This document shows positions 25,850 to 40,036 of a stretch of DNA of 64,000 nt, piece after piece (within the stretch, counting starts at the first letter, position 1; the number at the start of each line of letters is the position of its first letter). The translations under genes were made by a program, and so were the position numbers. The notes beneath the pieces are model-generated. The model was not told where the DNA came from. It ran no database searches and was given only the letters and a program-made list of their open reading frames with translations. This DNA is from Blasia pusilla (Eukaryota), in the NCBI GenBank assembly GCA_050084515.1, contig CM114271.1, forward strand, positions 19,716,001 through 19,780,000, in the 5' to 3' direction.

Positions 25850-28001
25850 GTCTACAATCTGTGTATGGTTTCATCTCTAGATTAGCCCTAATTGGGACAG
25901 GTGGGCTATGAGGCATGGTTATTGAGCATCTTCGAGATTTCTTCTTCCCAACAGATTATGCAAGTGATTTCATTTTTCTATGTAATACACATATTGGGAC
26001 ATTTCATCCCTTGTACTCTATCTAGCTTGAATCTCTTGGGGGCTTGTTGTTTATTGGCTATGGATAAGCCTCCTTCTAGTGTTTTCCCTTTGGCTATTGG
26101 GGAGATTTTATACCATTTGGTTAGTTAATCTATATGCTTACAATTTTGTCACTACTTTAGCGCCTACTTATTTCCTCATCCTTTTAGAGTTTCCTCACAA
26201 CCAACTAAGTTATTGTTTTAGCTTGTTGTAAGATCTTAGTTCATGGGATATGCTCCACTCTTGATATTTATCTACAGTGGATAGTAATTCAAGATTAATA
26301 TGGCTAATATATTCAATTTAATTTCTCGTGCGGCCATATTTGAGGAGTTACCCTATGTGGGAGGATAACTTGTGAGTCTCATTCCATTTTTCCAATCCTT
26401 CTATGCCTTCATAATTTTATTGTTTGCATCAAAGGGGTTCGGGTTTTTGGGATCTCGATTGGATTTATTGATTAAGTCTTTGATTCTTGGATATAACCCT
26501 TTTAAAAGATGAAGAATGACTTCATTGGTTTCCTATTCTAGGGGATCCCAAGTAGGTTTTGGGATTCTATCCCAATGTTTTTGTTGATGTCCTTCCTACC
26601 TCGTCTGAATTGTCCTCCCACTTCAAAGACTTTTCATACTTCTATCACGGTAATTTTCGGTCAACTTTTTGGTCGGAATATATATGAGGGAGATGATGTC
26701 TTGGGTTCACATCAAGCTATCTTGCCTATTTCTTTTGGAGGTATGAGACTTTTCTCTAAAGTCGCATTTGTACCAAATACTTTTTTGGGGGAGTTAGGCT
26801 TAAGTTGCCCCATTTAGACTCTATTGTTTCTCCAAGGAGATGAATCTATCTTGATGGATCATGTGATCCTCGTAAACAAGGGGTATCTATTATACTAACC
26901 AAAATTGAGATATGCTTGGGCTCTTCTCTGATTCTTCTTATTCTCACTACACAAAAAAATTTACCCCTTTTCAGCCAATTGATTATAAAATGACTTGATT
27001 GACTTCAAGAGCTAATCTTAGATAATTTGCAATAAATAAACTCTTCGACCATTCTCTCTTAAGCATCCTCTTACACTTACGAAATTAATCTATATTCATG
27101 TGCACATGACTTATTGCAAATTCTTTTATTTTTCCATTTCATTTTTCTCAAAATATATTCTTAATATCTTTACAATTATGCCTTCGACTTCCTCATCCTT
27201 CTCTATTAGATGTACCAAATTGTGTATGTGAGGCCATTGACATAAAAGGCATTCACATTCTCCAATGCATATATGGTAGAAAACTCAATCCATGATATGC
27301 TTAGAGAGAAGGTAGTATCGATCACTCGTACTACAAGGTATACTATTGGGCAAGAGTAACTAAATGTCTTACCTTCTACTACACAAGCAACCTCTTGTCA
27401 AAGTTGTTCTTGTTATGTCTCGATGTGACTTTCGTCTATTGGGTGATATGGTGATTGTTGATCCAATACGTTATGATTTGGTGGGCCAGGTTGTACATAC
27501 TAAAAGTTATACAACTGAAGCAAGAGCTAGAATCAAGGAGTTAAGTTATGCGATGAGACATGTGACTTATATATATGTATTTATTCCTTTTGCAATTGAA
27601 GTATTTGGGCACTTATATGTGTCTTTTGATATTTTCCTTAAAAACATGTGCTCATCGCTCCCTCGAGAGTCATCTCCATGCTCCTTCTGGTAGTCTTTCT
27701 CTTTCCGTAGTCACTATTTATTTCCGACAATGCATCTCCATGGCTTTACAATGTGCGTAAGCTTTGACCTTGATCCGTCGAGTGGAAGTGATTGAGGGTC
27801 AATCACCTCATTGTCCATTCATGTCTCACCAACTACTAGTGTTCTTTTCATATTTGTTTCAAGCTAGTAATTATGTATCTCGTCGAGTTGGTTTTGGTGT
27901 TGACTTGCCGCCACTTTCATTTTCCATTTCGTTATGCATTTCTTGACTCATGGGATGTTATTGCTTTTCTTTGTTTTTTGACGTTTGTTTCTATAATTGG
28001 A
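25850..28001 (+). mobile_element. Old, AT-drifted, 5'-truncated CRE-like element, family B
   Basis: Decayed RT motifs (VFPLAIGEILYHLVS, LPISFGG) and RLE motifs (LLGDMVIVDP, FIPFAIEVFG, YFRQCISMALQ); 3' part is co-linear with 56450-57320. Confidence 0.75.
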
Positions 28002-31000
28002 TTTTACAATTGGGTCCAATCAATTCCAACTTGTGACCAATTCCAAAAGAAAAAATACTTTTAATATTTCCCTAATACTGAATCACATGTCTACCTAAAT
28101 AATTTCAGCATTTGAAATGACAAACATAAAATGAAAATTTTGGACTATTTTAAAACGTGCGTTACTCCGTCCGACCATATTTTTGCGTACTCCACAAAAT
28201 CGCGCCTTTCGTTAAGTTCTCGTTCCTTTGTCGATACGAACTCATGAGGGCTTCTCAAGAATGCTGGAAAGCCATGGAATGGAGACTTTGGGTGGAAGTC
28301 TGATAGGAAATGAGAGTCGAGAGAGGCATTGTAGAGCTAACAAAGTCCGGCATTTGGGTGGGCCTCGTTCATTTGTCGGTGACTCCTCGTTAGTCGGAAT
28401 CTGTTTGCGCTTTTCGTTTGAGGATTAAAGGGTCTCCAGACGTTTGCCTCCCGATTGGAACCCTCTTCCTTTCTACCGATTGCAGTTGCGTTTGCTTGAG
28501 GTGAATGTTGCAGCGCACGGTCCTTCTGTAACAGCGCGATCGTGACCTCCTCACGAGCTGAGGCTTTGTTTATGTCCTTCGCAGGATATTGTAAGTTCTC
28601 AGTCTCGTAAATTTGACATTTGGCATACTTCTGGAAGATCCTGTGTTGCAATACTACCTCTCATTATCCATGCATTCCTCTATTCAACGGAACTTTCGCT
28701 CATCTGCGTGTCATCTCAGTAGGTACTACTGGTTACGCAAGCATGTCGTCGTCTTTGCAGTTTCGTCCATTCGATTGCTTGCGCCTTGTTTTAGACCGTT
28801 GGACGAGGCTGAATGGCGTGGGGTGTCTATGTGTAGTAAGGGTTGCTCCAGTAACCAGTGCTGCATTTTTGGTCAATGAACTGTGTTTTTCCTGTGGTCC
28901 TTCGTGCGATTCAGCCATTTGGGATGGACAGGAGCACATGTTGGCTTAGCAACAATTGGTAGCTTCGTTCAGTGGTTCTTATATCGTGAAGAAGCTATAA
29001 GTTAATGTGGTCAGATCTCGTCAGAAGATTCACGGACATTGACAGTGAATCCTAAATTTCTGCGGTGAGTGTTTGCTGCCCCTTACCATTAGGCCAAGTT
29101 CAGAATTTCCGATTGCGCGAAACATGATCCTTCTCGACGGTTTGTGCAGGTTTGATCTGATCCCTTCATGCATATTGGGGGAATCCAACAATAATCTGAT
29201 GTGCATGAATTGACTAGTGCAAGTTCTGCAGTGGAACTCTCTAATATAGTGTGAGTAACCACCATACAGAGTGTTGATGTGGAGCTTCCAGGTATCAACT
29301 AAAACTCTGAATAACTCTAAGCACCTTACGAACGTCGCTTCTTACCAGTGCAGCAGTTTCGGGCAGTGAATCTAGACCACGGAACTCGACGTTCAAGGAC
29401 GCAAAGAAGTTGACCGTGTTTGGGGCGATCAGAGACAGCTTGAAACCTATGTTTGCCTGGGCTCAATCTAATCACAATGGTTGATGAAGGGAGGGCCATT
29501 GTAGTGGTCAGAATGGGAAAATGTGTCTCGGCTTTCTCTCCTTATCACACTCTGCTCGACATGAAAAATGCCCAATGCTTCAACAATGCTGTCTGCATTA
29601 CTCTGGTCTTGCTTGTTGAGCTTACTGGAGATACCCTGTCTTTGAGTCTTCATTGTAGATATATCAAAAGTCGATTAGTGCATCCATGTTTTTGCTTGGA
29701 GATGAAGAAAGTGTACGCAGAGTCTTGATGTAAGTGTTTCAGTAGCTCTCAAAAGTGTCCTTCGCTATTTCGTGCCAAACATACACCTATTCTCGCGACA
29801 AAGTGCCAAGCCTCATGTCGACTCTTGCCTCATCCTTACTGGAGTGGTAATTAGTTAAATTCTTCACCAGTCACTCAAATCCAACTATGCAACTGATTTC
29901 AGGCAGTTGGAAACCTACAGTTTTTCAGTGGAATGCGATAAAGACATGATGGACAAAAGAAGATGGAAGAACCTGTAGAGAGAAAACAGGGGCTTCCCAG
30001 GAGGGCTGATACAAAGAAAGCAGTTTTTGTTGGCAGGTAGATGGTAAAACTACCTGCTTAACTTGCTGCAATCAGCTGTGACCTTCGGATCTGCTCTAAA
30101 GTGTAGAATTCAGGGTATAGATTATAGATCCCTTATAGGTTATACCCCACACCAGGACCTTTGTAGATTTTTTATGTTGTGGAGTTCGCACTGGAGGGCA
30201 AACAGGTTCCCTGAAAACAGGATGTCTGGGACTATGGCTTGGGGGCACCTTGCAACCACGCACGGTCATCCATAGGGATGGCTCTAAACTCGAGTGCATC
30301 CGGTGGTACTTGGAATAAATTATTGAGAATGACCCGCTCAAGTTCCATGTCAAGTCGACTGGAATGTTTGTCGCCTTTGTAAGGAACAAGATAACTTAAT
30401 GCCCTCTACCATCTCCTTATTTATTACATCTGTGATTATAAGATGTACGAAACTGCCTGTCTGGCCGGAATTTGTGCACTGCGAACATCAAGGCTAACCA
30501 AGTACATATCTACAACCTTTGTGACACGAAGGTTTAGGCAGAAGAAGCAGAATTTCAACTGAACGACTAACTTGCTTTGCAGCTTCCCCGATGAGGTCAC
30601 AGGCTGCTCTGGATCAGAATAGTACTTCTCTCTACGGCAAGGAGATTCGGGAGACTTTTCTTGATCACTCAAGTGAAGTGATGGCCCAGACATATGCCCT
30701 TGTCTAACTGAAAACCCTCCTGTTCACAAGGGTGGAAGAGATCTCGATACACCATAAACCAAAATAATTAAGAAATTTACGTACAACCAGCTCGCCTTCC
30801 ATTCATGCTTCTGCTGTACTCGAAAGGCAATATTATTTCATACCATCACAAATTGAGGTCGCAGGAAGTTTAGGCGTGAGTGTGAACCGATGACTCGCAA
30901 GTAACAGTCTATTACATTTGATCGCATCGAAAGGTATCGATTGGGACGAATATGGTAACCTTGATCTGGTAGCCATTGATAGAATGAGAAAATCCAGAGG

Positions 31001-31469
31001 AACAGTTGTGTAACTAAACGACCTAACCACAATCACAGTTTCTACGATGCTCTTGAAACGAAAATACAAGAGTTCACGTCATATGATTGTGAGACTCGGG
31101 CGACATGTACAGTTCATCAAGACCTACAAAGATTCCTCACTGCAATGCATCCAGTGATCACCGCCCAACCCAGTCATCCTTCTTGATAGTATCGTTGGTA
31201 GGACTAGCAAGTTGCAGAATTCACACACAAATCACTGAGCGTGACCAGCCAACTGCGAATTGGGCTTTAAATTTTGGTGAAACAGTTTTGAGACTGGCGA
31301 GCAGCCAAAAAATGACAATTAACAGAATATCCAGAGTGATGGGCCTGCAATTTGTCTTCTGCTTTATGTAGAAGTGTATGGACTTATCTCTTGAACCCTA
31401 GTAATTACATGTCCTTGTAGAAACAAAAAACCTCGAGACAAAAAAGCTAATTTACAACGCCAGACAAGA

Positions 31470-32909
31470 CTAATGCTGTGACCACTGGATACTTTTCAGG
31501 TCGATTCCCTCTTGAACCATCTCCCACAGTGGACTCATTTGTCTCAACTTCTGTACTCGATCGACTGTGAGTGTCACTGCCCTATCTACTTCCTCTCTCG
31601 TTGTAAATCTCCCGAAACCGAACCTTATAGATGTGTGCGCCATGTCCTCTTCAACCCCTAAAGCTCGCAAAACGTACGATGGTTCGAGACTTGCACTGGT
31701 ACAGGCACTTCCGCTCGATACGGCAACTTCTTTAAGCCCCATTAGAAGACTCTCTCCCTCGACGTAAGAAAAGGAAATGTTCAAATTCCCAGCGTACCTA
31801 TGTTCCATGCTTCCATTCATTACTAGTCCTTGAACCTGGGAAGTGATCCCCTTCAGGAATCGTTGTTGCAAATCCAGGACGTGCTTCGTGTCATTGGCCA
31901 TCTCTTGCATGGCAACCTCGCAAGCAGCGCCCATTCCGACTGCAAGAGGAGTGGGAACAGTTCCACTTCTTATACCCCTCTCTTGACCACCACCACTCAT
32001 AAGAGCTTCAACCCTAACGCGAGGTCTCCGACGCAAGTATATAGCACCAACACCCTTGGGGCCGTAAAGTTTGTGACCACTCAAGGACATCAGATCAATC
32101 TTCATCTCATCGACGTTGATCGGAATCTTACCCGCAGCCTGGGCCGCATCGGTGTGGAAGAAAATCTTGTGCTCGCGACAAATCTCTCCAATTTCAGCAA
32201 TCGGTTGGATAACACCGATCTCATTATTTACAAACATCACTGACACCACTCCTGTATCAGGTCGAATGGCAGCTTTCAGCTGATCCAAATCGATGAGCCC
32301 ATCCTTCTTCACCGGGAGATAGGTGATGTCAAACCCTTCCTGCTGCAGATGTCGGCAGGAATCGAGCACACACTTGTGTTCCGTCTGTGTCGTAATCACG
32401 TGCTTCTTCTTGTCTTTGTAAAAGTGCATCAATCCCTTAATAGCTATGTTGTTAGATTCGGTTGCACCGGATGTGAAAATAATCTCTTTCGGATTTGCAC
32501 CTATTAGCTGGGCAATCTGTCCCCTAGCTCTCTCCACAGCATCCTCACTTTCCCAACCATACACGTGAGTCCGCGAGTGAGGATTGCCATACTGATCGAT
32601 AAAATACGGCAACATCGCATCCAGAACCCGCGGATCCACCGGAGACGTGGCTTGCATATCCAGGTACAGAGGCCGCCCGGGCATCTTCACTCCCTTCATC
32701 ATCACTGCTGGTGCGTCATCATCTTCCACCACTGCCGCGGCCGATGCAGACGAATAATGGCGTGCAAAATTCAAATCCGGAAAATCTCTGCACAAAACAT
32801 AAGAGCGCTTCGCCACGGACGACACCTCTGTAACAACCGGAGCCCGAGCCTGCCAAACCTGCGCCAACGCCCTACCGACTATCTTCCTCATCTGCGCCCG
32901 CGCGGCCAT
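31470..32909 (-). CDS. NFS1: Mitochondrial cysteine desulfurase (NifS/IscS-type), intronless, 479 aa
   Basis: [40 protein letters not shown]-lysine motif [10 protein letters not shown], catalytic SSGSACTS, C-terminal SPLWEM..IQWSQH; Arg/Ala/Ser-rich N-terminal transit peptide. Confidence 0.97.
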   Translation of the reverse strand: MAARAQMRKIVGRALAQVWQARAPVVTEVSSVAKRSYVLCRDFPDLNFARHYSSASAAAVVEDDDAPAVMMKGVKMPGRPLYLDMQATSPVDPRVLDAMLPYFIDQYGNPHSRTHVYGWESEDAVERARGQIAQLIGANPKEIIFTSGATESNNIAIKGLMHFYKDKKKHVITTQTEHKCVLDSCRHLQQEGFDITYLPVKKDGLIDLDQLKAAIRPDTGVVSVMFVNNEIGVIQPIAEIGEICREHKIFFHTDAAQAAGKIPINVDEMKIDLMSLSGHKLYGPKGVGAIYLRRRPRVRVEALMSGGGQERGIRSGTVPTPLAVGMGAACEVAMQEMANDTKHVLDLQQRFLKGITSQVQGLVMNGSMEHRYAGNLNISFSYVEGESLLMGLKEVAVSSGSACTSASLEPSYVLRALGVEEDMAHTSIRFGFGRFTTREEVDRAVTLTVDRVQKLRQMSPLWEMVQEGIDLKSIQWSQH

Positions 32910-33039
32910 GCTTTCGCGTCCAAAACGACCTAATCTCCTCCTCCTTCTCCTCCTCCTTCACCTACGATCGGCGGCCTTCTTTGGTACACACACTGTACGA
33001 CTCAACGATCCGCACAACAATTCTCGTCCGAGCTCCGCT

Positions 33040-33095
33040 TCTCTCTCTCTCACACACACACACGCTTCTCTCTCTCTCTCTCTCACACACACACA
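33040..33095. repeat. (CT)n(CA)n compound microsatellite in the NFS1 5' region
   Basis: CTCTCT..CACACA repeated twice. Confidence 0.8.
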
Positions 33096-33975
33096 TTCAA
33101 GCTCTACGACTACGAACGGTCGATTTTCCTCCGCACTGGGCGGATTCTCGTCGCTGTTTCCGTGCGCCTCGCTCGACATGGATCACCCACCGAAGCGACT
33201 CCCTTCACTTCATCCGCAAGGGCTTCAATACTACTCACCCCACACGCCCAGCTACACTTCCTCGTGTTAACAGGGGAAGGGCTAGAGAGTGCTCAACATG
33301 CTCGGCTTAACGGAGGAAGGCTTAGGATATGCTAAGATAAAAACAATTTCTTTGTAAGGCAAGAAAAATAATTAGAATTTATGTCTATATTATTATTGGA
33401 GATTAGTTTTTTATTTGGTAACACCTTTATTATTATTGGAGACTGCTTTTTTTATTCGGTAACATATCATTGTTTCTTGACATGTGACAATCGAGTAGAA
33501 AAAATATTTCCTCTTTTACGAGCAACAAGAAAAAAATATTTTTTGTCCAACATGATTAGTTCCTTCAATCTTGTGTATGACGTGGGACTGCCCCACTAGT
33601 ATATTATTATGAGTGAGTGTCTTCTTCATTTGTAAATGTCAAATGTTGGATAGCAAGAAAATATTTTTCACAGTGCGGGAAGCAATGAACACATTTTGAA
33701 TTTGTGAGAGTATGGTTGGTACCTTCATTCCAGTGTATGGTGCGGGATGTACACTAGGATTAAGTTATTCCGACCCATCACGAGTTTGTCTCCCAACTAG
33801 TTACATCATAGAAATCTATATATCTAATCAAAATTTATGTTACTAGTATTTTTGTGTATGTGCGATGCTATGGACCAAAAATACCTTTGGAGAGAACCCA
33901 TCCATTTTCTTATGTATGGAGAGAGGCAAGCCCTTCTCCCTCCGACTGTGTTTATTGGCTCTTGATTATAGAACA

Positions 33976-34206
33976 CTAGAATGTTTTCCGTGCTATGCAT
34001 GGATGATCTTCAAATTTTAAAAATATTATAGTTTAGCACCTATGGTCCTCTTTTCCCTTCCTCATTTAATTCAATTGTCTCCTCTTGACTTAACTCCCTC
34101 TTTTAAAATGAATTGTGTCAACACCAAAAGAACCCTTAAAGAACGGGTGTCAACACTGGAGGAGGGTTTGCTCTAACCCCATCCTCTTTTAATTATATAA
34201 ATAAGA
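33976..34206 (-). mobile_element. Non-autonomous mini-Helitron (231 bp)
   Basis: Minus strand starts A|TCTTATTTATATAATT and ends with imperfect hairpin TCCATGCATAGCACGGA then AAACATT-CTAG|T. This is the canonical TC...hairpin-CTRR layout between A and T. Confidence 0.65.
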
Positions 34207-36829
34207 TGATACCATCTCCCAAAATTCCCCATTTCATCTATCCATCAAAATCATTCTTATTCTCTATCCACTAACCTTTATTCTTATGAGAATTGAAAGA
34301 GTATGTCTTCCCTCTTGTCTATCTCAATTTCCATGGAGAATACAATAATATGAACATTTCGTCGTACTTTTGTGCTCTTGTAATGGATGAGGCCATGAGG
34401 ATGGTTTCTTCTCTCCACCCCCTTGAGACCCATCCATTTTCGTCTTTTGGCAAGAGAGAGGGACTCCTCCTCCCTTCCACCTTCTCATGTTTTCCCTATG
34501 ATAGAGAGACTAGGGATGAAGATGGAGAATTGTTATTTTCCTCTCTTCTTTGGAATGGTTGGGGGTTGATAGGCCATCCCTTTGTCTTCTAATTTCTATC
34601 CCTTTTGATAGAGAGAGATACCTTCTCCAACTCTATGATAGTTTCTTCTTGAAAATTAAACAATTTTAAGAAATTTGTTTATGAAGCCTTCTTTTGTTGA
34701 AAATTTATATCTTTCTTTCTCTATCTTCCTCTCCCTTCTTCAAATTTATGCCTTCCCCCTGTTCCCTCCCTTCTCATCTTTAAAATTTAACACTTATTAG
34801 AAGAAAAAAAACCCTTCCTTGTTGAAAATTGACCTTTTCCTTTCTTTCCTTCCTCTAAAAAGAATCAACTTTATCTCTCCTCCAAAATTAGTATTTTGGT
34901 TAGCATCTCACATGTAACAAGAGGTAACCAAAAGAATAATAGAGAGAGATTTGAAGGAAAAATTGAAAAAAAATTGTTTAAAAAAAACCTTTAACTTTCT
35001 TAGTTTTAAACTTTAAAAAGGGGTTTCAATAGAGAATTTTACATTTCTTAACTACTATTGCTAATTATAGTGAAAATTTTTGGTTTCAAGCCAAATTATC
35101 GTATAAAAATTTAATATAAAAAATAAAAATAATCATTGAGATGAAACAAACTAACAATGCAATAAAAAAAGCATTTTTTTCTTGTAGTTCATCTCGATCA
35201 TGATGATACGTTACCTTGCTAACTTTTTGGTTTTATGGGCTTTCGTAAATTTATAATTGTAATGATCCTATATACATGGAATCTTTGTTTATTCACTGGG
35301 AGATTAGAGAAATCTCTATGTAATCTTCAACGATATACCATATTTAGAAATAATAAAAAAAATGATAATTCTAGTGACATAGATATTCAAGCTAAATTTC
35401 ATGGGTTTGTAGAGAACTTGTTGATTTGTTAACAACTCTAAATCAAGAAAGGACTTCTATGCCCCTATAGAGGTGGTACAGAAGGTTCATATAATGTTAA
35501 AAAACTCAACAAGGATTTTCTTATGACGTAATTCATCCCTTTCGACCAGGAAAAAAAGTTGCATTAATATGTTGTTACAAATATGTGATGGGGAGGTAGA
35601 TATGAAAGTAACCAAAGATGTGTATGATGATCTGGTTTATTTACAATTATGAACCACATATATCTACATATGTCATATAAATTCAAGGGTTTTGGGCAGA
35701 AATATTTGGACATGATCTTGTCATAAATAAAGTCCTTTCATAAACTTATCTAAGCCGGGTTTATAAGAAACTACTAAACTGAAAACAAGATTGTGAATTT
35801 TTATCACACGTAAATTACATTGGTCTATACATACTTTTTAACTCACCGAGTGAATTTGCTCGTCAATGGTTGGCACTTGTCTGAATATAGTTTGGATGTA
35901 CTTTCTACAATCATGTTTAACTCCGAATTTCAGTTAATCATTATATAACTTGTAAAGACCATGCTAAGAAATCTCCAATGAAATTAAAAAATCAGATTGT
36001 CACTACCTAGTTGTAAAGTTAGAAGATGTTTATTGCTATGTGTATGAACAATTTGGATTAAGTGAAAAGATGGATATATCGCTTAATACCACACATGTAG
36101 TAATATAGAGACAGTATTTAGAAATATTCATTATAAGTTAATGAATAAATTATGGCTAACAAGTTGTAAATGTAGTTGATATATGTTGCCCTATGTATGA
36201 ACTATGTAATTTAATGATTAAATTGTCACTAACCAATTAGAAAATTAGAAAATATGAGATACTTTTTGTCTGAAAATATTGGCCGGTGTGAGAAGATGAA
36301 TATATGGTTGAATACTACCCAGGTAGCAATAAAGAGACTGTGCTTAGCAATCTTAGTATAATTTAACGAACACAATATCACTAAGCAATTGCATTGATAA
36401 TTGATAGATATTGTTTGGTATGTGAATCAATCAAGACAACAACATGGCCAATTCGGAATAGGCATGTATCATTGAACAGATAACACACACAAATGATTGA
36501 GTTTTCTAAACAAAATAGGCGTAGCGAGAGTTGAACACTTGGTTCATTTCCAAGTGAGGATAAATTCAGCTTGCAAATGGTTTTTAAATTTAACGTGTCT
36601 GTGTGTAAATGTCAAATATAGTGTTAACATGCAATTGGAGAATACATAGAAAAGTAGGCAAAGATGAATACCACTTTGTGGATTAGTTTCACTTACGAAT
36701 CATATCGGTTTAAAGAAACTCTATAGCTTTCATAGTTATTTTTCCAAGGGAGTTAATGATTGATGTTCATATTACTTTGGAGGTTCATTATAGGTTTGAT
36801 GTGGTTATAAATGGTAAAATTGAATCAAC

Positions 36830-38892
36830 ATTGTAGTAGCCTCACTAATATGGAGAGTTGAATGGATAATCGTATTGAAGACTAAGTTATAGTCAAACTC
36901 ATCAAACATCCAAATTGCTATATTTGGTACTCATACGAAGTAGGAAAGCTTAATCTTGGTTAGTTAGTTAAGTAAAATTATCTTAACTAGAATTAGATAA
37001 TCATAGTTAGTTCAACTCAAGACTATGGTTGGGATTAAGGTTAGGGTTGCTTACACATACCCTATATAATTCAGAAAGGGATCATCCTTTATACACTCTC
37101 TCGTTGCAAAATTTTGTTCTCCATGGTCGGATATGTTTCTTTAGTAGTTTTTCTATATGATGTCAAAGCGATAGGAGAACATCAATCGAAAATCTTTGTG
37201 TTTGAAGATATAAGAGAAAGCACAATTCTTATTAATGAGAAAGAAATTTCAATCAGAGCTCAATTGCATGAAATTTGAGATGGAGCTATAACGGTGACAA
37301 AACTTTGGAGGCATTTTTAGGGCCTTTCCCGTCGATTCAACAATCTGCGTTCGTGTCAATGTAGATTACAACAAAGCCTTCTACTGAACTTTTTGTAAAG
37401 CTTGTCGAGAGCTTTCCAACGCATTCCAACTTGTTTAATTGTGTCGTTCTCAACTCTTGCAATATCAATTTCAATGTAGGATAATGCAATTAGTGAAGGA
37501 AAGTTGTGCAGTCTGCTCTCTATAGGCCAATTCCGACTAGTTCTTCCATATCGTTGATCAATTTTGGCAAATCTCATGTCAATTTCTTTGTAGGAGTGGT
37601 CTATGCTTCAATTGGAGCAGTTGAGAGCCTAAAATTACGTTTTGTGAGAAAAAAACATTCTTCATGGATTATTCCTCCGCATCAATTATAAAAGAGAATC
37701 TAGATAAGCACAATTATAATGTTTGGAAGTTTTGCATAAAGTAATTTCTCATGGGTCAAGAACTATGGGAGCTTAATAGAGGTAATGAGGCCAAACCAAA
37801 AGATGACTCAACATACTTGAATGTTCGTGCTTGGAACAAACGCGCAAGGCAAATGATTCACTACATTTCAATAACAATTAGTTCGCCAATGATTGGTTAT
37901 ATTCAAGATGTTGATATTCCAAAGGAGACTTGGGATGCATTGGAAAAGTTATTCCACACATCTACGAAGGCCAGAAAGCGACAATTGAATGAAGTGAGGA
38001 AAAGATCAAACTTTGCTTAAGAAGAAGGCAGATATGAGGATGAGAGTATTACAACAACAAAACTATGTGGAGCAACAACACCAAGGGCATAATCAAGAAT
38101 AAAAATATTCACAAAGTGATCACTTCTTAGTAATGACTCATCATTTGGGAGCAACGGTCAAGAAAGTCTTAACAGCAGATTGGTATATTGACTCTGGTGC
38201 ATCAAATCACATGACCTCACAAGCTAAATTATTGAATAGTATGGAGCCGATGAAAGATCCTGCAATAGTGCTCACAAAATATGATACTCAACATCATATC
38301 ACACATATCGATAAAGTTCCAATAGCATCATATGGTCTTTGTACTCTTAGAAATGTTCTCTATATTCCTACCATTGCAAGAAATTTGATCTCTATAAGAC
38401 AAATAGTAAAACAAGGTTGTCAAATGAAGTTTAACATAGATGGTTATTTCATTGAAACAATGGATGACTAGACTATGAGAGCGAAAGGAGCAAGATTTGG
38501 TAGAATATTCAATTTAGATGTTTCTATGCCCTAGATTCAAATATCAACGTATGGTCAAACAAGCCAACAAGTCACAAATATAAATGTGTGGTGTAAGAGA
38601 ATTTGGCATATGAATCTTCAAAGATTACAAAGTCTTTCATCATCTAATATAGTACTAAAACTTCCTAAATTATCAAGTCCTACAATGTCGAGCTATGCCC
38701 TGCTTGCCAATTTGAAAAACAAGATAGATTTCCATTTCCAAAGCAAGGTAGAAGAGCGTCCAAGATATTGGAGTTGATTCACAATAATGTGTGGACAAAA
38801 ATATAATATAGCCTTAGTGGTTGCCAATACTTTGTTTCATTTATTGATGACTTCTCTAGGTATATATGGGTATACTTTCTGAAATCCAAGTT
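36830..38892 (+). mobile_element. Decayed Ty1/Copia LTR retrotransposon, 5' part (putative LTR, gag, protease, start of integrase)
   Basis: Degenerate PBS TGATGTCAAAGC at ~37156; gag (NYNVWKF..LMGQELWEL); protease WYIDSGASNHMT; pre-integrase WCKRIWHMN; integrase [21 protein letters not shown]. The left boundary is approximate. Confidence 0.8.
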
Positions 38893-39893
38893 TGTCGCGA
38901 TCCTCATGACCAAACGAGTGCCAAAGCGGAACATCGAAACATTAGCGGGTTCACGCTAAGATGGTTTGCGCGTTGGAGAGGTCTAAAAGAAGAGACAAGA
39001 GACTAGACGCAAGCGAGGCTTCTCGTTTCAGATGTTATGGTCGTGACTCAGAAACCTGGACCAAACGCGGAACAAGACTTGAAAGGAGTTGAGTCTAGGA
39101 AGTGGGTTGCCAAAGGAAGAATCCGGATTTGGAACGCCACTAGCGTTTGAGAGTTTCCAACTGTATTTATGGCCATAAATTTTAGCGCAAGATGCGTCTG
39201 GATCGAACAAGCGTGCGTTGGAAGACTTATAGAAAGATGGTTCAAACGCACTAAAGATCTATGCGAACGCATAAGCAGCGGATGAGAAACAACCCGGAAA
39301 CGACTGTAAGTAGAGTCGGGTTGAGGGCCACAACGAAGGACCCGAACCTCCTTTTCCAAAGGGGGGGGTTATTGGAGAACCCTAGAAGTACTAGTAAGGG
39401 GGAAGGTCTCCGAGAGTGCTTGGAACTCGAACCTCACTTTGGGCGCCACGAGGCGGCTCAAGGGCATGGAACGGATCGAGAGTTTGGGGTTGGGTTGGAA
39501 AACCTGAACCAAGTCTATGGAGGCGAATTTAGACATCCCTCTTGGATTTCACCCCGCGACTCAATTACTTGGATCTAGGTTTAGAACTCACACGAGGTCC
39601 GTTGAACAGTTAAGATCGCTAGGCGCGCAAGTTCCGTTTTAGGTTCGTGGACTAATCAGGAAGTTTGTTCCAAGTCTTGAAGGACTTGCCATGTTTTGGA
39701 AACTAGTAAGTAAGGAAGGTTGAGCTTGATGAGACGCGGAGTTGAGAACTTGGTGGGTTGGAACGCTGGTTGGCCTAGACCCGACTAACGAGAGTGCGTG
39801 TTTGGGTGCAGATCGGCGATGAGATCGTGTCCTACTAAACGTACGCTTCCGCAACAATAAAGACTGACGTTCAAGGAGAGTATGGGCGCAACA
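38893..39893 (+). repeat. 5' LTR of chromovirus
   Basis: TGTCGCG...CGCAACA; direct repeat of 45244-46243. Confidence 0.95.
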
Positions 39894-39895
39894 AG

Positions 39896-39907
39896 TGGTA
39901 TCAGAGC
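39896..39907 (+). promoter_or_regulatory. Primer-binding site complementary to tRNA-iMet
   Basis: TGGTATCAGAGC 2 nt after the 5' LTR. Confidence 0.92.
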
Positions 39908-40036
39908 TAATCCTTGGTGAGCGAGAACTTGGGGTCGTGGGATCAACCGGACGCTTGGGAAAACTCAAGGTAGCGGATAGACTCAGACGCTTGAGGAGGG
40001 ACGCAAGAAACGAAGAGGAGATCTGAGTGAGTTGGC

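Noticed and set aside
31470-32909. Intronless NFS1 as a possible retrogene or horizontal transfer
   Set aside because: Eukaryote-type sequence with transit peptide and a normal 5' region; no poly(A) or TSD; lack of introns alone is not evidence.
39028-39968. ORFs within the chromovirus LTRs (also 45354-46207)
   Set aside because: Short, no recognisable domains, and not consistently preserved between the two LTRs.
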